Shown one piece after another: positions 19,080-29,398 of a DNA stretch of 64,000 bases. The position numbers and the translations under genes were made by a program. The stretch is from NCBI GenBank assembly GCA_041671645.1, contig JBAZBD010000001.1, positions 543,234 through 607,233 of the forward strand. The letters run 5' to 3'. This DNA comes from Patescibacteria group bacterium (GTDB lineage Bacteria; Patescibacteriota; UBA1384; XYA2-FULL-43-10; 1-14-0-10-43-13). How positions within the stretch are numbered: position 1 is the stretch's first letter; the number at the start of each line of letters is the position of its first letter. A model generated the notes under the pieces. That model did not search any database and had not been told where the DNA came from. It saw nothing but the letters and a program-made list of their open reading frames with translations.

Positions 19080-21575
19080 TTAGGCCAGCACGATTAGGTC
19101 ATCTTTGAGCTGGCAAATAATTGAATCACCTGACTGATATTTTTCGGCCAGAATGGCGTCTGTGATCATATTTTCGATATGTTCAGCGATAAATTTCCGA
19201 ATCGGTCTGGCGCCATATTGTGGATTATGGCTCTTGGTAGCGATGAAGTCGCGGACATCGTTTGGAATCTCTAGCGTATATCCGCCAGATTTCAATCTCT
19301 CTATCAGCTCCTCTGCTTGCAAATCTACGATTGTGCGCAAGCTTTTTTCCTTGAGCGGATAGAAGATGATAACTTTGTCGAGACGATTGATAAATTCCGG
19401 CCGAAACGTCTTCTCGACTGTGTCTAGGATGCTGGACTTGAGATGAGAATATTGTGAGTCGCTATCGTTTTTGGTAAATCCAATCGCGCTACCTTGTCTC
19501 AAGACATCAGTCCCTAGATTTGACGTCATGATGATAATCGTGTTTTTGAAGTCGATTTTGCGCCCTTTGGCGTCTGTCAGTACGCCATCTTCCATAATCT
19601 GGAGGAGGATATTGAATACTTCGGGGTGGGCTTTCTCAATTTCGTCGAACAAGATGACTAAATATGGATTCTTGCGCACCTTTTCAGTCAGTTTGCCGCC
19701 CTCTTCGTAGCCGATATAGCCAGCTGGGGCGCCAATAAGTCTGGCCACATTGTGCTTCTCCATGAATTCGGACATGTCGATCTTGAAAAGGTTGTCGCTA
19801 CTACCAAATACTTCTCGTGCCAGTACCTTGGCCAGCTCAGTCTTGCCTACTCCAGTCGGGCCCAAGAAAATGAATGAACCAATTGGTCGGTGAGGGCTGC
19901 TAATCCCGACACGAGATCTCTTGATTGACTGCGAAATTTCAGTAATTGCTTCATCTTGGCCGACGACAAATTTGGCTAGCGTTTTGGATAGATTTAGGTA
20001 TGTTTTCTTCTCTTTTTTGGTCATTGCCACCACTGGGACGCCTGTCCAATCCGAGACTAATCTAGCAATCTGTTCCTCGTCTACCACAGCAGAATCCTTG
20101 GCCTCAGTTTGCTTGTTTGCTTTCTCGATTTCCAAGAGAAGCTTTGCTTCTTCCTCTTTGTGTAGAGCGGCACCTTCAAAATTCTCCTCAGAGATAGCTT
20201 TTTCTTTCTTTTTCAGAGCCACAGCCAAAAGTTTCCGAAGCTGGATAATCTTGCCACTCTCTGTATTTTTGTTGGCTACGGACGCCCCTGCTTCGTCGAT
20301 CAGGTCAATCGCCTTGTCTGGTAATGAGCGATCGTGAATATAGCGGTGAGAAAGCCGTGCGGCCGCCTCGATGGCGCTCTCCGTATAAGCGACATGGTGA
20401 TAGGCTTCGTAATGAGATTTGAGACCGTTTAGGATCTGAATTGTTTCCTCTACCGTTGGCGGCAAGACGTGGATTGGTTGGAATCTGCGCTCAAAGGCGG
20501 GATCCTTCTCAATATGTTTTTTGTATTCGTCAAAAGTTGTCGAGCCGACCAGGCGGAGTTGCCCTTTGGCCAACATTGGCTTGAGCAGATTGGCGGCGTC
20601 AATCGATCCCTCAGTCGAGCCAGCCCCGACCATCATATGAATTTCATCGACAAAAAGAATTATATTGCCACGCTTCTCAATCTCGGCAAGGATCTTCTTG
20701 ATTCGACTCTCAAATTGGCCGCGATACATCGTGCCAGCCAATATTGAGCCAAGGTCCAACGACATGATCTGACAATTATCTAGTTTGCGAGGGACTTGGT
20801 GTTTGACGATTCGTTGAGCTAAGCCCTCAACAATGGCAGTTTTGCCCACTCCGGGTTCGCCTACTAGGATAGGGTTATTTTTGGTGCGACGAGACAATAT
20901 CTGTACAATCCGTGCGATCTCTTTGTCGCGACCAATGACTGGATCAAGCTTGCCTTCCTTGGCCAATTTGGTCAAATTGTTGGAATATTGGTCGAGAGCA
21001 TTTTCCTTCTTGGCTTGGGCAGTCCCTGTCTGCATGAAAGGCATCGGGCCAGAATTGATGAATCCGTCGTCCAAGCCATCCCCCATCATGTTTTCGACTG
21101 GGATCTGGGTCATCGGCAGGTCATCCTGATTGAATGATTTGGTGATGCCCTTGAAAATCGTCTCTATCTGACGTTTTATCTTCTTGGGATCAACGCCGAT
21201 TCGCTCGATAATGAGGTAAGAGTTGAAATTCTTGTTTGAAATGAGAGACAAGAGAAGGTGTTCCGATCCGATCGTGGCGTGATTGTATTTGGCGGCATAT
21301 TGGACGGCCAATTGAATCGACTTCTTGGCGTCTTCAGTGATGACATATAGAGCGCCTTTGTTGTGATCGATCAACGAGGCAATCAAATCAATTTTGTCGG
21401 CGGTCACGTCAAAAGAGGACAAGATTTCATAGGCCAGAGAATCCTTGCTCAAAAGCAGCGAGAGCAATTGATGCTCGGTGCTCAAAGCAGAATTACGAGC
21501 CTTGGCGATTCTCTCCGACTCCAAAATCGTTTTCTTGAGATTTGGTGTAAATTTTTTGAATATCTCGTTGTTCAT
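19080..21575 (-). CDS. clpC: ATP-dependent Clp protease ATPase subunit
   Basis: Clp-N domain, GEPGVGKT and GPTGVGKT Walker A motifs, UVR coil. Confidence 0.95.
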   Translation of the reverse strand: MNNEIFKKFTPNLKKTILESERIAKARNSALSTEHQLLSLLLSKDSLAYEILSSFDVTADKIDLIASLIDHNKGALYVITEDAKKSIQLAVQYAAKYNHATIGSEHLLLSLISNKNFNSYLIIERIGVDPKKIKRQIETIFKGITKSFNQDDLPMTQIPVENMMGDGLDDGFINSGPMPFMQTGTAQAKKENALDQYSNNLTKLAKEGKLDPVIGRDKEIARIVQILSRRTKNNPILVGEPGVGKTAIVEGLAQRIVKHQVPRKLDNCQIMSLDLGSILAGTMYRGQFESRIKKILAEIEKRGNIILFVDEIHMMVGAGSTEGSIDAANLLKPMLAKGQLRLVGSTTFDEYKKHIEKDPAFERRFQPIHVLPPTVEETIQILNGLKSHYEAYHHVAYTESAIEAAARLSHRYIHDRSLPDKAIDLIDEAGASVANKNTESGKIIQLRKLLAVALKKKEKAISEENFEGAALHKEEEAKLLLEIEKANKQTEAKDSAVVDEEQIARLVSDWTGVPVVAMTKKEKKTYLNLSKTLAKFVVGQDEAITEISQSIKRSRVGISSPHRPIGSFIFLGPTGVGKTELAKVLAREVFGSSDNLFKIDMSEFMEKHNVARLIGAPAGYIGYEEGGKLTEKVRKNPYLVILFDEIEKAHPEVFNILLQIMEDGVLTDAKGRKIDFKNTIIIMTSNLGTDVLRQGSAIGFTKNDSDSQYSHLKSSILDTVEKTFRPEFINRLDKVIIFYPLKEKSLRTIVDLQAEELIERLKSGGYTLEIPNDVRDFIATKSHNPQYGARPIRKFIAEHIENMITDAILAEKYQSGDSIICQLKDDLIVLA

Positions 21576-21670
21576 GGGTCAATATTTTGAATAAAGAATT
21601 TAGAGTACCGAAAATAATACTATTGAAGAGTACGTGTAAGGGAGCTCATGGTTGCGAGATCAGGAAGGGA

Positions 21671-22858
21671 TTACTCTTCGTCGACAATCTTCTTGGCTTT
21701 GGGGGATTTCTTCTTTGCAGGCTTAGCGCCAGCAGAGCCCCCTTTGGGGGTCTTTTTCTTTTCCACTACTGGTGCCGCTTCTGCGACGTCACCTTCGGCC
21801 TCTTCGCCAAGTTCTTCGTTGAATTTGATGTCAATGCCCCAACCGGTCAACTTGGAAGCAAGGCGAACGTTTTGGCCGTTCTTACCGATCGCGAGAGAGA
21901 GATTATCTTTGTCTACATATACAGTTGCTTTGCTATCTTTTGATGAGAGTGTAATGTGGCGAGTCTTGGCAGGAGAAAGGGCGTTGCTGATAAACTGCTC
22001 AATATCGTCGTCCCAGAGCACAATATCAATTTTTTCTAGTCCGATTTCGTCTAGAACTGCTTGGACGCGAGTTCCGCGTTGTCCGACACAAGCTCCGACT
22101 GGATCAATCTTTTCTTCGGTGGCGATAACAGCAATCTTGGTACGAGAGCCGGCCTCACGTGCGAGGCTTTTGATCTCGACAGTACCGGCAGGAATCTCTG
22201 GAACCTCAACTTCGAAGAGGCCTTTGATCAAATTTTCATCGCTACGAGAGACGATAATCTGAGGTCCTTTGACTGACTGAGAAACTTCCTTGACGTAGAC
22301 CTTGATTCTCTGACCGATGTAATATCGCTCGCCCTGAATCTGATCAGATGGATATAGGATGCCGTTGGCTTTGTTGAGAGTGACGATAATATTGCGTCCG
22401 TCAACCTGAGAAACAGTTGCATTGACGACCTTGTTCTCCTTGTCCTTGAATTCGTTGAAAAGAAGATCACGCTCTGCTTCACGGATTCTTTGGATAATAA
22501 CCTGCTTGGCAGTTTGAGCGGCGATGCGACCAAAATCCTCATGATCTGGCAATGGTACGATCACCTCTTTGCCGTATTCAGCCTTGGGATCGATCTCCTT
22601 GGCTTCTTCGAGAGTAAGCTCGTGTTCGTGTTCTTTAATCTCTTCTGGATCCTCAATCACGTCATAGACGCGAAACATTGAGGCTTTGCCAGTCTCTGGG
22701 TGCAATTTGCCTCGGATAATCTGCTTTGGCTTACCGTAATCCTTACGATAAGCGGCGGCGAGTGCGGCTTCGACTGTTTCGATTACAATGTCGATGTCCA
22801 AGCCCTTTTCCTCACACAAATCTTCGATAGCGGCCATAAATGGGTTAATTTTCTTCAT
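21671..22858 (-). CDS. nusA: Transcription termination/antitermination factor NusA
   Basis: FGRIAAQTAKQVI, AREAGSRTK, AIGKNGQNVRLAS; ATG 22858 with AAGGAG RBS. Confidence 0.98.
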   Translation of the reverse strand: MKKINPFMAAIEDLCEEKGLDIDIVIETVEAALAAAYRKDYGKPKQIIRGKLHPETGKASMFRVYDVIEDPEEIKEHEHELTLEEAKEIDPKAEYGKEVIVPLPDHEDFGRIAAQTAKQVIIQRIREAERDLLFNEFKDKENKVVNATVSQVDGRNIIVTLNKANGILYPSDQIQGERYYIGQRIKVYVKEVSQSVKGPQIIVSRSDENLIKGLFEVEVPEIPAGTVEIKSLAREAGSRTKIAVIATEEKIDPVGACVGQRGTRVQAVLDEIGLEKIDIVLWDDDIEQFISNALSPAKTRHITLSSKDSKATVYVDKDNLSLAIGKNGQNVRLASKLTGWGIDIKFNEELGEEAEGDVAEAAPVVEKKKTPKGGSAGAKPAKKKSPKAKKIVDEE

Positions 22859-22927
22859 ATTTCTCCTTATTATTATTGATTTGATTATACCAGTAAGATG
22901 CAAGTCATAGAAGCTGACATCTTTGGG

Positions 22928-22996
22928 AAAAAAGAAAGTGGGCCAATATGGTCCACCGTTCTTTTGAAATATACTATTTGTGTTCGTCTGTGTCAA
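22928..22996 (-). promoter_or_regulatory. nusA promoter and leader hairpin with U tract (putative attenuator)
   Basis: TTGACA-17 bp-TATATT, then GTGGACCA-tat-TGGCCCAC-TTTCTTTTTT. Confidence 0.6.
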
Positions 22997-23032
22997 GAGT
23001 ACGAATTAAATTTATATATCGGACACTTCGCC

Positions 23033-23581
23033 TCACTGTTTAACTACTTTTTTCTTGAGATGTTGGATTTGGTCAATATCAAGCCCGCTACTTGGGTTTA
23101 GCTCAAAGAAGAAATAGGGGTCGAACAAATAGGCGTATATGATCAAAACAGCCGACCCGGCAAAGATACCCTTGGACCAGCCAAAGATCAGAACTCCCAA
23201 AACATACGCTGCCAGATATTCTCGCCAATTACGTCTTCCTTCTTTGCTAGAGAGCCAGATGTAGTCACAGATCAGCGACAGTATTCCTCCAAAGTAAATC
23301 AAAGACATGCTACCGAATATCAAGCCTAGCGCCACCATAATCGCCCCGACTGACTTCACAAATCGTCTCTTGTTCAGCTTCTGGTATAGGAACAGAATAT
23401 ATTGCCATTTTGAGAGGGTGAGCTCGAAGCTCTTGCCGGAATGCCTTATAGAATCGCTGACTCCAAGAATATAATTTATGACTTTGCCACTTTCGTCAAC
23501 TTCATGGCCAACAATGATCGGCCTGTTTAGCAGATTTACTATTTTGTTATCGATCTGAATTTCTCTAAGTCTATTGAACAT
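23033..23581 (-). CDS. Hypothetical membrane protein
   Basis: 182-aa ORF, GGAGG RBS, several C-terminal TM segments. Confidence 0.7.
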   Translation of the reverse strand: MFNRLREIQIDNKIVNLLNRPIIVGHEVDESGKVINYILGVSDSIRHSGKSFELTLSKWQYILFLYQKLNKRRFVKSVGAIMVALGLIFGSMSLIYFGGILSLICDYIWLSSKEGRRNWREYLAAYVLGVLIFGWSKGIFAGSAVLIIYAYLFDPYFFFELNPSSGLDIDQIQHLKKKVVKQ

Positions 23582-23671
23582 TATATGCCTCCGTAATTTT
23601 CGTCCACATTGATATTAGCATCGATGATTTTTATTTATTCAGATTTCCATTCTGTTTGTATAGTCACTTTA

Positions 23672-24574
23672 TTATCGTCCAGGAATTAGGATTGTTTGTA
23701 TGGTTTGGATATAAGCAGTACCATTTTGATTTTCAATAATCTTTACTGCAGGAGTTGCCGTTAAGGTATGTATAAAGGAATGATGTACGGTCAATATTGC
23801 ATCTTGAATAATTTGATCATCCTCTATCATTTTTATATTTAGACCAATTTCTCTGCATTTTTCGGCTGGTAGATGCCTTGCATGTGAGAGGTTTATTGAG
23901 TGATCTACAAATTCTTTTTTAATCTTCTTGATTCTTTCATTGATATTTCTCTTGCCTTTTAGCATTCTTTTCTTAAGGCAATCTTCAGCAATTTTCTCGG
24001 ACCAAGCGATTGATTTTTGACATTCTCCGACTAAAGTTGGGTTATATTTATTCAGAATAGGCTGCCAGACGAAGGCCTTCTTCTGGTCTGCAGCCATCTC
24101 CTGAAAGGCTTGCGAAAATTCCTCAAGAATTCCATGCGCTGGCAATCCACCTAATTGAGGGTCTATCGGACCAAGACTCGATTGTCTACCCATTAAAATT
24201 TCGCTACCCATGAATGCAATCATTGTTCCACCAGACATTGCAAGCTGTGGGACAATTGTTCTAATGTCCTTAAAGGTTTTTGATAAGTAATCAATTATTG
24301 ACTCTGTTGCTGCTGTTTCACCTCCAGGTGTGTGCAAAATCAGATCAAGTCCCTTGTCCCGATTGAGCCCATTAACAGCAGTCATAAACCCGTTTTTATC
24401 ATTATCATTTATCTGTATCTCTGGTGCGTTCGGCTTTTGTAGCCAGCCGCTATAATATGCTATCGTATTTCTTCCTGTGATATCGCTTAATTTCTTTAAG
24501 TACCTGCGTCTTACGATATCATAAGTGCTACCCTCGCTATTTATTTCATCCAGAATGTCATTCCAGTTAGCCAT
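23672..24574 (-). CDS. ClpP/crotonase-class serine protease (SDH/S49-like)
   Basis: GLDLILHTPGG, AMSGGTMIA, SSLGPIDPQ, SHARH; AAGGAG RBS. Confidence 0.85.
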   Translation of the reverse strand: MANWNDILDEINSEGSTYDIVRRRYLKKLSDITGRNTIAYYSGWLQKPNAPEIQINDNDKNGFMTAVNGLNRDKGLDLILHTPGGETAATESIIDYLSKTFKDIRTIVPQLAMSGGTMIAFMGSEILMGRQSSLGPIDPQLGGLPAHGILEEFSQAFQEMAADQKKAFVWQPILNKYNPTLVGECQKSIAWSEKIAEDCLKKRMLKGKRNINERIKKIKKEFVDHSINLSHARHLPAEKCREIGLNIKMIEDDQIIQDAILTVHHSFIHTLTATPAVKIIENQNGTAYIQTIQTILIPGR

Positions 24575-24755
24575 TTGCAAACTCCTTAATATTGTTAAAT
24601 GAGGAGGAGCTATCAGCAACTACCCAGATCCTCTCTTCTTCAGTAGTATCGATCACGGAAAATTTGTTATTCCCCTCATTCTCTATGCATTTATTAAACT
24701 TTTTTATTTTTTTGAATAAATCGTTAATTTCTTTCTTTGTGTGCTCTTCTTCCAT
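24567..24755 (-). CDS. Small hypothetical protein coupled to the protease gene
   Basis: 62 aa, GAGGAG RBS, overlaps the protease start. Confidence 0.65.
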   Translation of the reverse strand: MEEEHTKKEINDLFKKIKKFNKCIENEGNNKFSVIDTTEEERIWVVADSSSSFNNIKEFANG

Positions 24756-24773
24756 TTTTCTCCTCGATAATCT

Positions 24774-25361
24774 TTATTTTTTCCACACAATATGGCCGTT
24801 CATGTCATTTTTTTCATATACTTCCAATATCTCTGTACAAAATTTTAGTACTTCTTCGTTCTTCTCGTCTTTCGCAAGTTCATAGAGATGGATATACATT
24901 TTTTTGCCAGTCTCCGTCTGCTTTAGGTTTTTCTTCAGCCAGTTATGCTGACCGCAGAGAGTTTGTCCGTTAGAGATCTTAGCCTCTCCGCCAAGATCCT
25001 TGGGCTTAATGTGGTCAGCATACAATTGAACACCCTCAGCCTCACCTTTACCGCACATTACACATTTGTAGCCATCTTTTTTGAATATTTCCTTTTTTTG
25101 GGCAGGAGTAAAATCTTCTAGATGTCGAGTCTCGACCATGTTGGGATCATATTTGTAGACACCCTTGTTCTCTTTAACAAGAAAGCCTTCTTGATGTAAT
25201 TTCCTTATCCCCCTGTCGGGATCAGCAAAGACCTGGCCTGTTTTGTCCCTGTATTCCTTCATCATCCATGGAACACAATCCTTGTGTTCTACACTAATAT
25301 TAGGATGAGCAATAAAGTACTTTTTAATTACCTGCTCTTGGCTTATTTTTTTTGGCTTCAT
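24774..25361 (-). CDS. HNH endonuclease, putative restriction enzyme
   Basis: CVMCG..ADHIKP..GG..NGQTLCGQHN; overlaps the methyltransferase gene. Confidence 0.85.
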   Translation of the reverse strand: MKPKKISQEQVIKKYFIAHPNISVEHKDCVPWMMKEYRDKTGQVFADPDRGIRKLHQEGFLVKENKGVYKYDPNMVETRHLEDFTPAQKKEIFKKDGYKCVMCGKGEAEGVQLYADHIKPKDLGGEAKISNGQTLCGQHNWLKKNLKQTETGKKMYIHLYELAKDEKNEEVLKFCTEILEVYEKNDMNGHIVWKK

Positions 25362-26367
25362 TCTTTCCCTTCAAAACGTTATTCTTAATTAAAAATTGTT
25401 TAATGCTCTCCGCCACCGCCTGGACAGCGGGAACGGCTACCGAATTACCGAACTGTCGATACATCTGTGTTCTTGAAACAGGAACAACAAAATCTTCAGG
25501 AAAACCCATAATGGCCTTACATTCATTCTGTGTAAATAACCTAATGCCAGTCGGACCGTCCTCTACAAAAGTTCCCGTAAGGCGTTGAATTTTGTGATAG
25601 GATGCGACAAGCGTCTTCACATGGATATCGGATTTCTCGTTAACTAGCTTCGGGCGACCGTCATCAAGCTTAAACAAATAGTTTTCCTGTAAATGCTTTG
25701 ATATTGAATAGCCGTCGGCATTTTTTTCAAGGAATTGGTTGATGAAGACCTTGTTGTTTGTGCCTGTGGGATGAATGTATTTATCGTCTTTAGATAATAG
25801 CTCCTTCTTGAAGCCAACTATGTAGATTCTTTGTCTTTTCTGGGGAACTCCGAAGTTAGAGGCATCAAGTATTTCGTAAAATGTTTTATATCCAAGATCA
25901 TCCTCAAGCACAGAAATAATTGTTCTGAGGGTATCGCCGTCGTTATGAGTTGTCAGGCCCTTAACATTCTCCAAGAGAAATGCGGATGGTTTCTTCGCAC
26001 CAATTATTCTAGCGATATCATAAAAAAGCGTACCTTGCGTTTTGTGTTTAAATCCCTGTCGCTTGCCGATAGAGCTAAACGGCTGGCAAGGGAAACCTGC
26101 GACAAGTATGTCAAAATCAGGGATTTTTTTCTCATCAATCTTCGCGATGTCTCCGTGAGGAATTTCACCAAAATTTGCCTCGTATGTCTTCTGGCATGAC
26201 GAATCCCATTCCGAGCTGAAAACGCATTCGCCGCCGACACGTTCAAAAGCGATACGAGTTCCGCCAATTCCTGCGAATAAATCGATAAATTTAAAATCTG
26301 TTGGCTTTTTTCTCAACTTTTCTTTCTCCGATGTAAATAAACTTTGCTTAGTGATCTTGTTGTACAT
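25324..26367 (-). CDS. DNA (cytosine-5) methyltransferase
   Basis: DLFAGIGG, GFPCQPFS, ENVKGL, QKRQRIY, YRQFGNSV. Confidence 0.97.
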   Translation of the reverse strand: MYNKITKQSLFTSEKEKLRKKPTDFKFIDLFAGIGGTRIAFERVGGECVFSSEWDSSCQKTYEANFGEIPHGDIAKIDEKKIPDFDILVAGFPCQPFSSIGKRQGFKHKTQGTLFYDIARIIGAKKPSAFLLENVKGLTTHNDGDTLRTIISVLEDDLGYKTFYEILDASNFGVPQKRQRIYIVGFKKELLSKDDKYIHPTGTNNKVFINQFLEKNADGYSISKHLQENYLFKLDDGRPKLVNEKSDIHVKTLVASYHKIQRLTGTFVEDGPTGIRLFTQNECKAIMGFPEDFVVPVSRTQMYRQFGNSVAVPAVQAVAESIKQFLIKNNVLKGKNEAKKNKPRAGN

Positions 26368-26420
26368 GACAGTATGGTATCACACATTCTAGGCATTTTG
26401 CAGCACAACTACTGTGGATA

Positions 26421-26438
26421 TGTTCGGTCTTTGTTTGG
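26421..26438. promoter_or_regulatory. Candidate LexA operator upstream of the methyltransferase
   Basis: TGTTCGGTCTTTGTTTGG, 15/18 identical to the site at 13845-13862. Confidence 0.45.
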
Positions 26439-26447
26439 TATCTAGCC

Positions 26448-27095
26448 TCAGTTGCCGATGCAGGAGTAATTGTGTTCCGAAACAATAATATGATCGACAA
26501 CTTCGATTCCTAAAATATTACCCGCTTTCCGTAATTGCTTGGTAGCTTCTCGATCCTCATCGGACGGCTGTGTATCGCCTGATGGGTGATTATGGACAAT
26601 TATTATTCCGGCTGCTAATTGTCGAATAGCTGGTTCGAATATTTCGCGTGGATGGACCAAGTTGGCGGTCAACGTTCCGATAGAAATAATTTCGCGTGAA
26701 ATCTCCCTGTTTCTGACATCTAGATATATTGCCAAGAGATGCTCTTTCTTGCTTTCTCTAATCTCCTTGACTGATTCGAAAACCACTTCTGGCGAAATTA
26801 ATAGCGGCTTGGCATTGTCATGAATAAGTCGCCTAGCCAGCTCAACCACCGCGATTAGTTGGCAGGCCTTCGTTTCGCCAAGCCCCTTTATTTTCTTTAA
26901 CTCATCGATCTCAAGGGATGACAATTTTTCACGATATTTACGAAGGATTTTTTTGGATAAATCGAGAACATTGCATTCTTTCGTCCCAGTCCGCAAAATA
27001 ATGGCCAAAAGCTCGGCATCAGACAATTTTTTCGTGCCGTATTTGACCAATTTTTCCTGTGGCCGATCTACTTTTGGAGTATCTTTTATTTTCAT
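26448..27095 (-). CDS. radC: RadC/JAB-domain protein
   Basis: RPQEKL..LSDAELLAI..HPREIF..HNHPSGD..PSDED..DHIIV. Confidence 0.93.
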   Translation of the reverse strand: MKIKDTPKVDRPQEKLVKYGTKKLSDAELLAIILRTGTKECNVLDLSKKILRKYREKLSSLEIDELKKIKGLGETKACQLIAVVELARRLIHDNAKPLLISPEVVFESVKEIRESKKEHLLAIYLDVRNREISREIISIGTLTANLVHPREIFEPAIRQLAAGIIIVHNHPSGDTQPSDEDREATKQLRKAGNILGIEVVDHIIVSEHNYSCIGN

Positions 27096-27118
27096 GCAGT
27101 TTTTTTATTGACTCTTAA

Positions 27119-27880
27119 TTATTTTTTGTCAAACTTTTTAATCGATATATTATTTTCATCAAACAAAGTGTTGTCTTGATATTGATATCTCTCTGTCCAT
27201 TGTCTTGTCTTGTTGTTCAAGCGGAAGTTAATTGAAACCGAATTGGATGCTGGTGAAATTTGTACTTTTACTCCTTCGGATTTAGCTATTTCGCTCGAGG
27301 CAGAGGCAATCGCTGTTGCGAGAACATGCTTAAACCCACCTATCTCCGACATCCTGATACTTGTAGCTCCATATGGTTCTGCCTTTAAAATTTCCACAGT
27401 TTCACTATTACTAGGCAGAATTTTCATAAGCTGCTCTTTCGATATTTTGGAATAGACATAAATCTGGACTGTTTTCTCAGTAATACCATTTTTACACTCG
27501 ATATAGAAATTTATTTGTCGCAGAACACCATCCGATGCCCAGTCACTAGCCAAAGAGTCACCGTGTTTATAGACTAATTCAAAAAACCTTGATGTAGGCA
27601 TATTTTTCTCAAGACATTTCACCAAATCCGTGTTATCGGCGACGATAGGCTTCGTATCGCGATTTATTATGGATTCCTGTATGTCTCTTCTGACCTCTAA
27701 AAATGCCTTTTTTATAATAAAAAAAAGCGAAATTATTGCGATCACTGCCGCAAGCCAATAGTAATAAGGATTTTTAAACTTGGGAATCAGCGATCCGAGC
27801 CCCAAAACGCTCCACCAGAAAAAAATTTTTGGGCCTTCTGACCAAATCAGAGAAAACCCTTTTTTAATAGTATTTCTCAT
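27119..27880 (-). CDS. Hypothetical protein with two N-terminal TM helices
   Basis: Long AT-rich ORF with GAAGGTG RBS. Confidence 0.7.
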   Translation of the reverse strand: MRNTIKKGFSLIWSEGPKIFFWWSVLGLGSLIPKFKNPYYYWLAAVIAIISLFFIIKKAFLEVRRDIQESIINRDTKPIVADNTDLVKCLEKNMPTSRFFELVYKHGDSLASDWASDGVLRQINFYIECKNGITEKTVQIYVYSKISKEQLMKILPSNSETVEILKAEPYGATSIRMSEIGGFKHVLATAIASASSEIAKSEGVKVQISPASNSVSINFRLNNKTRQWTERYQYQDNTLFDENNISIKKFDKK

Positions 27881-28103
27881 ATTATTCACCTTCTTTCACA
27901 ATTTTTCACCATTTAAACCCCCTGACTTACTCTGTATCTTACACGTTCATGCTGAGGCGGGATTCGTCTCGACACAGTTTTGGGGGCGACCACGTTCAAA
28001 TACCTCTTTCCGCTTGAATTGGAAGTAAATTTCTTATCGCCTATGGCTATTGTATCACTTCTGTCTAGATATTCCTCACGAGGATGTCAACTGTTTCATA
28101 CCA

Positions 28104-28130
28104 AAAAGGTAGCCTTTTGAGCTACCTTTT
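28104..28130 (-). terminator. Terminator after pyk
   Basis: AAAAAGGTAGC-cttttga-GCTACCTTTT. Confidence 0.8.
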
Positions 28131-28150
28131 CTAGAATATATTCAGTTTGC

Positions 28151-29179
28151 TTAGATCGAGCAGCCTTCCATGTACTGGTCTGCAGCCACAATCGTCTTCT
28201 TCAGGACCTTGAGAGCCTCGAGTGGATAATCGCCGTTGGCTGTCTCATCTGAGAGCCAGACATAGTGCGCGCCGTCAAAGACTGCATTAGCAATGTCGGA
28301 CACTTCAGCGCGAGTTGGGTATGGCGACTTGGTCATATTCTTGAGCATCTGAGTGGCGACAACGGCAGGTTTCAAGAGCTGGTGAGATTTGCGAAGAATT
28401 CTCTTCTGAAGAATTGGCAATTGCTCGTATGGCATCTCAACACCCAAGTCACCGCGGGCGATAATGACGACATCTGATGCATTGATGATTTCGTCAATAT
28501 TGACGATGGCCTCACGACGTTCGATCTTGGACATGATTTTGACTGGCTTATCGCCGATTTTCTCGCGGATAATATTGAGCTCAGCGGCACAACCAACGAA
28601 AGAAAGTGCAACATAATCAACGCCGACACCAAGAACATAGTCCAAATCCTTCAGATCTTTCTCGGTAATAGAAGAAGTGGTCAGCTTGGTAGTAGGCAAA
28701 TTGATCGCTTTTCGTGGGAAGATAACACCGCCGACTAGGACTTTGGCCTCAAATTTGTGATGGTCTGGAGTAGTCTTGGTAATCTCGAGCTCAATCATGC
28801 CTGACTCGATCAACATTGGATCACCAACATTTACGTCTGCATGAAGGTAGGGGTCGGTAATGATAAGCTCGTCTGGCTGTTTGTCCTCGCCTGGAGTAGT
28901 GACAAATTTCAATACATCGCCGTCTTTGACCTTGAGACCTTTGGCCGGAATATTCTCGCCAAGTCGGATGCTAGGGCCACGAAGGTCAGCCTGAATCTTG
29001 ACGTCCAAATTGTGTTTCTTGTTGATCTCTTTGATAATGTCATAGCGAGCCTTGTATTCGTCAAAAGTACAGTGCGCAAAGTTGTTGCGCATCACATCCA
29101 TGCCTGCGAGTGCAAGCTTCTCGATCATTTCTGGTGAATCTGACGATGGGCCGATTGTGGCGATGATTTTCGTTCGCAT
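28151..29179 (-). CDS. pyk: Pyruvate kinase, short form without the C-terminal regulatory domain
   Basis: TKIIATIGP, SKIER, ARGDLGVE, ATQML, PTRAEVSD, LSDETA; 342 aa. Confidence 0.95.
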   Translation of the reverse strand: MRTKIIATIGPSSDSPEMIEKLALAGMDVMRNNFAHCTFDEYKARYDIIKEINKKHNLDVKIQADLRGPSIRLGENIPAKGLKVKDGDVLKFVTTPGEDKQPDELIITDPYLHADVNVGDPMLIESGMIELEITKTTPDHHKFEAKVLVGGVIFPRKAINLPTTKLTTSSITEKDLKDLDYVLGVGVDYVALSFVGCAAELNIIREKIGDKPVKIMSKIERREAIVNIDEIINASDVVIIARGDLGVEMPYEQLPILQKRILRKSHQLLKPAVVATQMLKNMTKSPYPTRAEVSDIANAVFDGAHYVWLSDETANGDYPLEALKVLKKTIVAADQYMEGCSI

Positions 29180-29275
29180 AAATCCTCTGTTATATTAGTT
29201 GTGGAAATAAAAATATTCCGCGGTGGAATAGGAGTAATATACCACGAAGCGCTAGCCTGGTCAACGGTGCTAATC

Positions 29276-29304
29276 TTGACTTTTGGCGTGTATTGTGCTA
29301 TAAT
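29276..29304 (+). promoter_or_regulatory. Strong sigma70 promoter
   Basis: TTGACT-17 bp-TATAAT with TGn extension. Confidence 0.7.
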
Positions 29305-29398
29305 GTTCTTATGTACAGTCGTGATTGGCCTGTCGTAGGTGAAATTTTTATCGCCTATCGCAGCAACAGTCACAGACCGCCCCTTAGGAGGGTATTCG

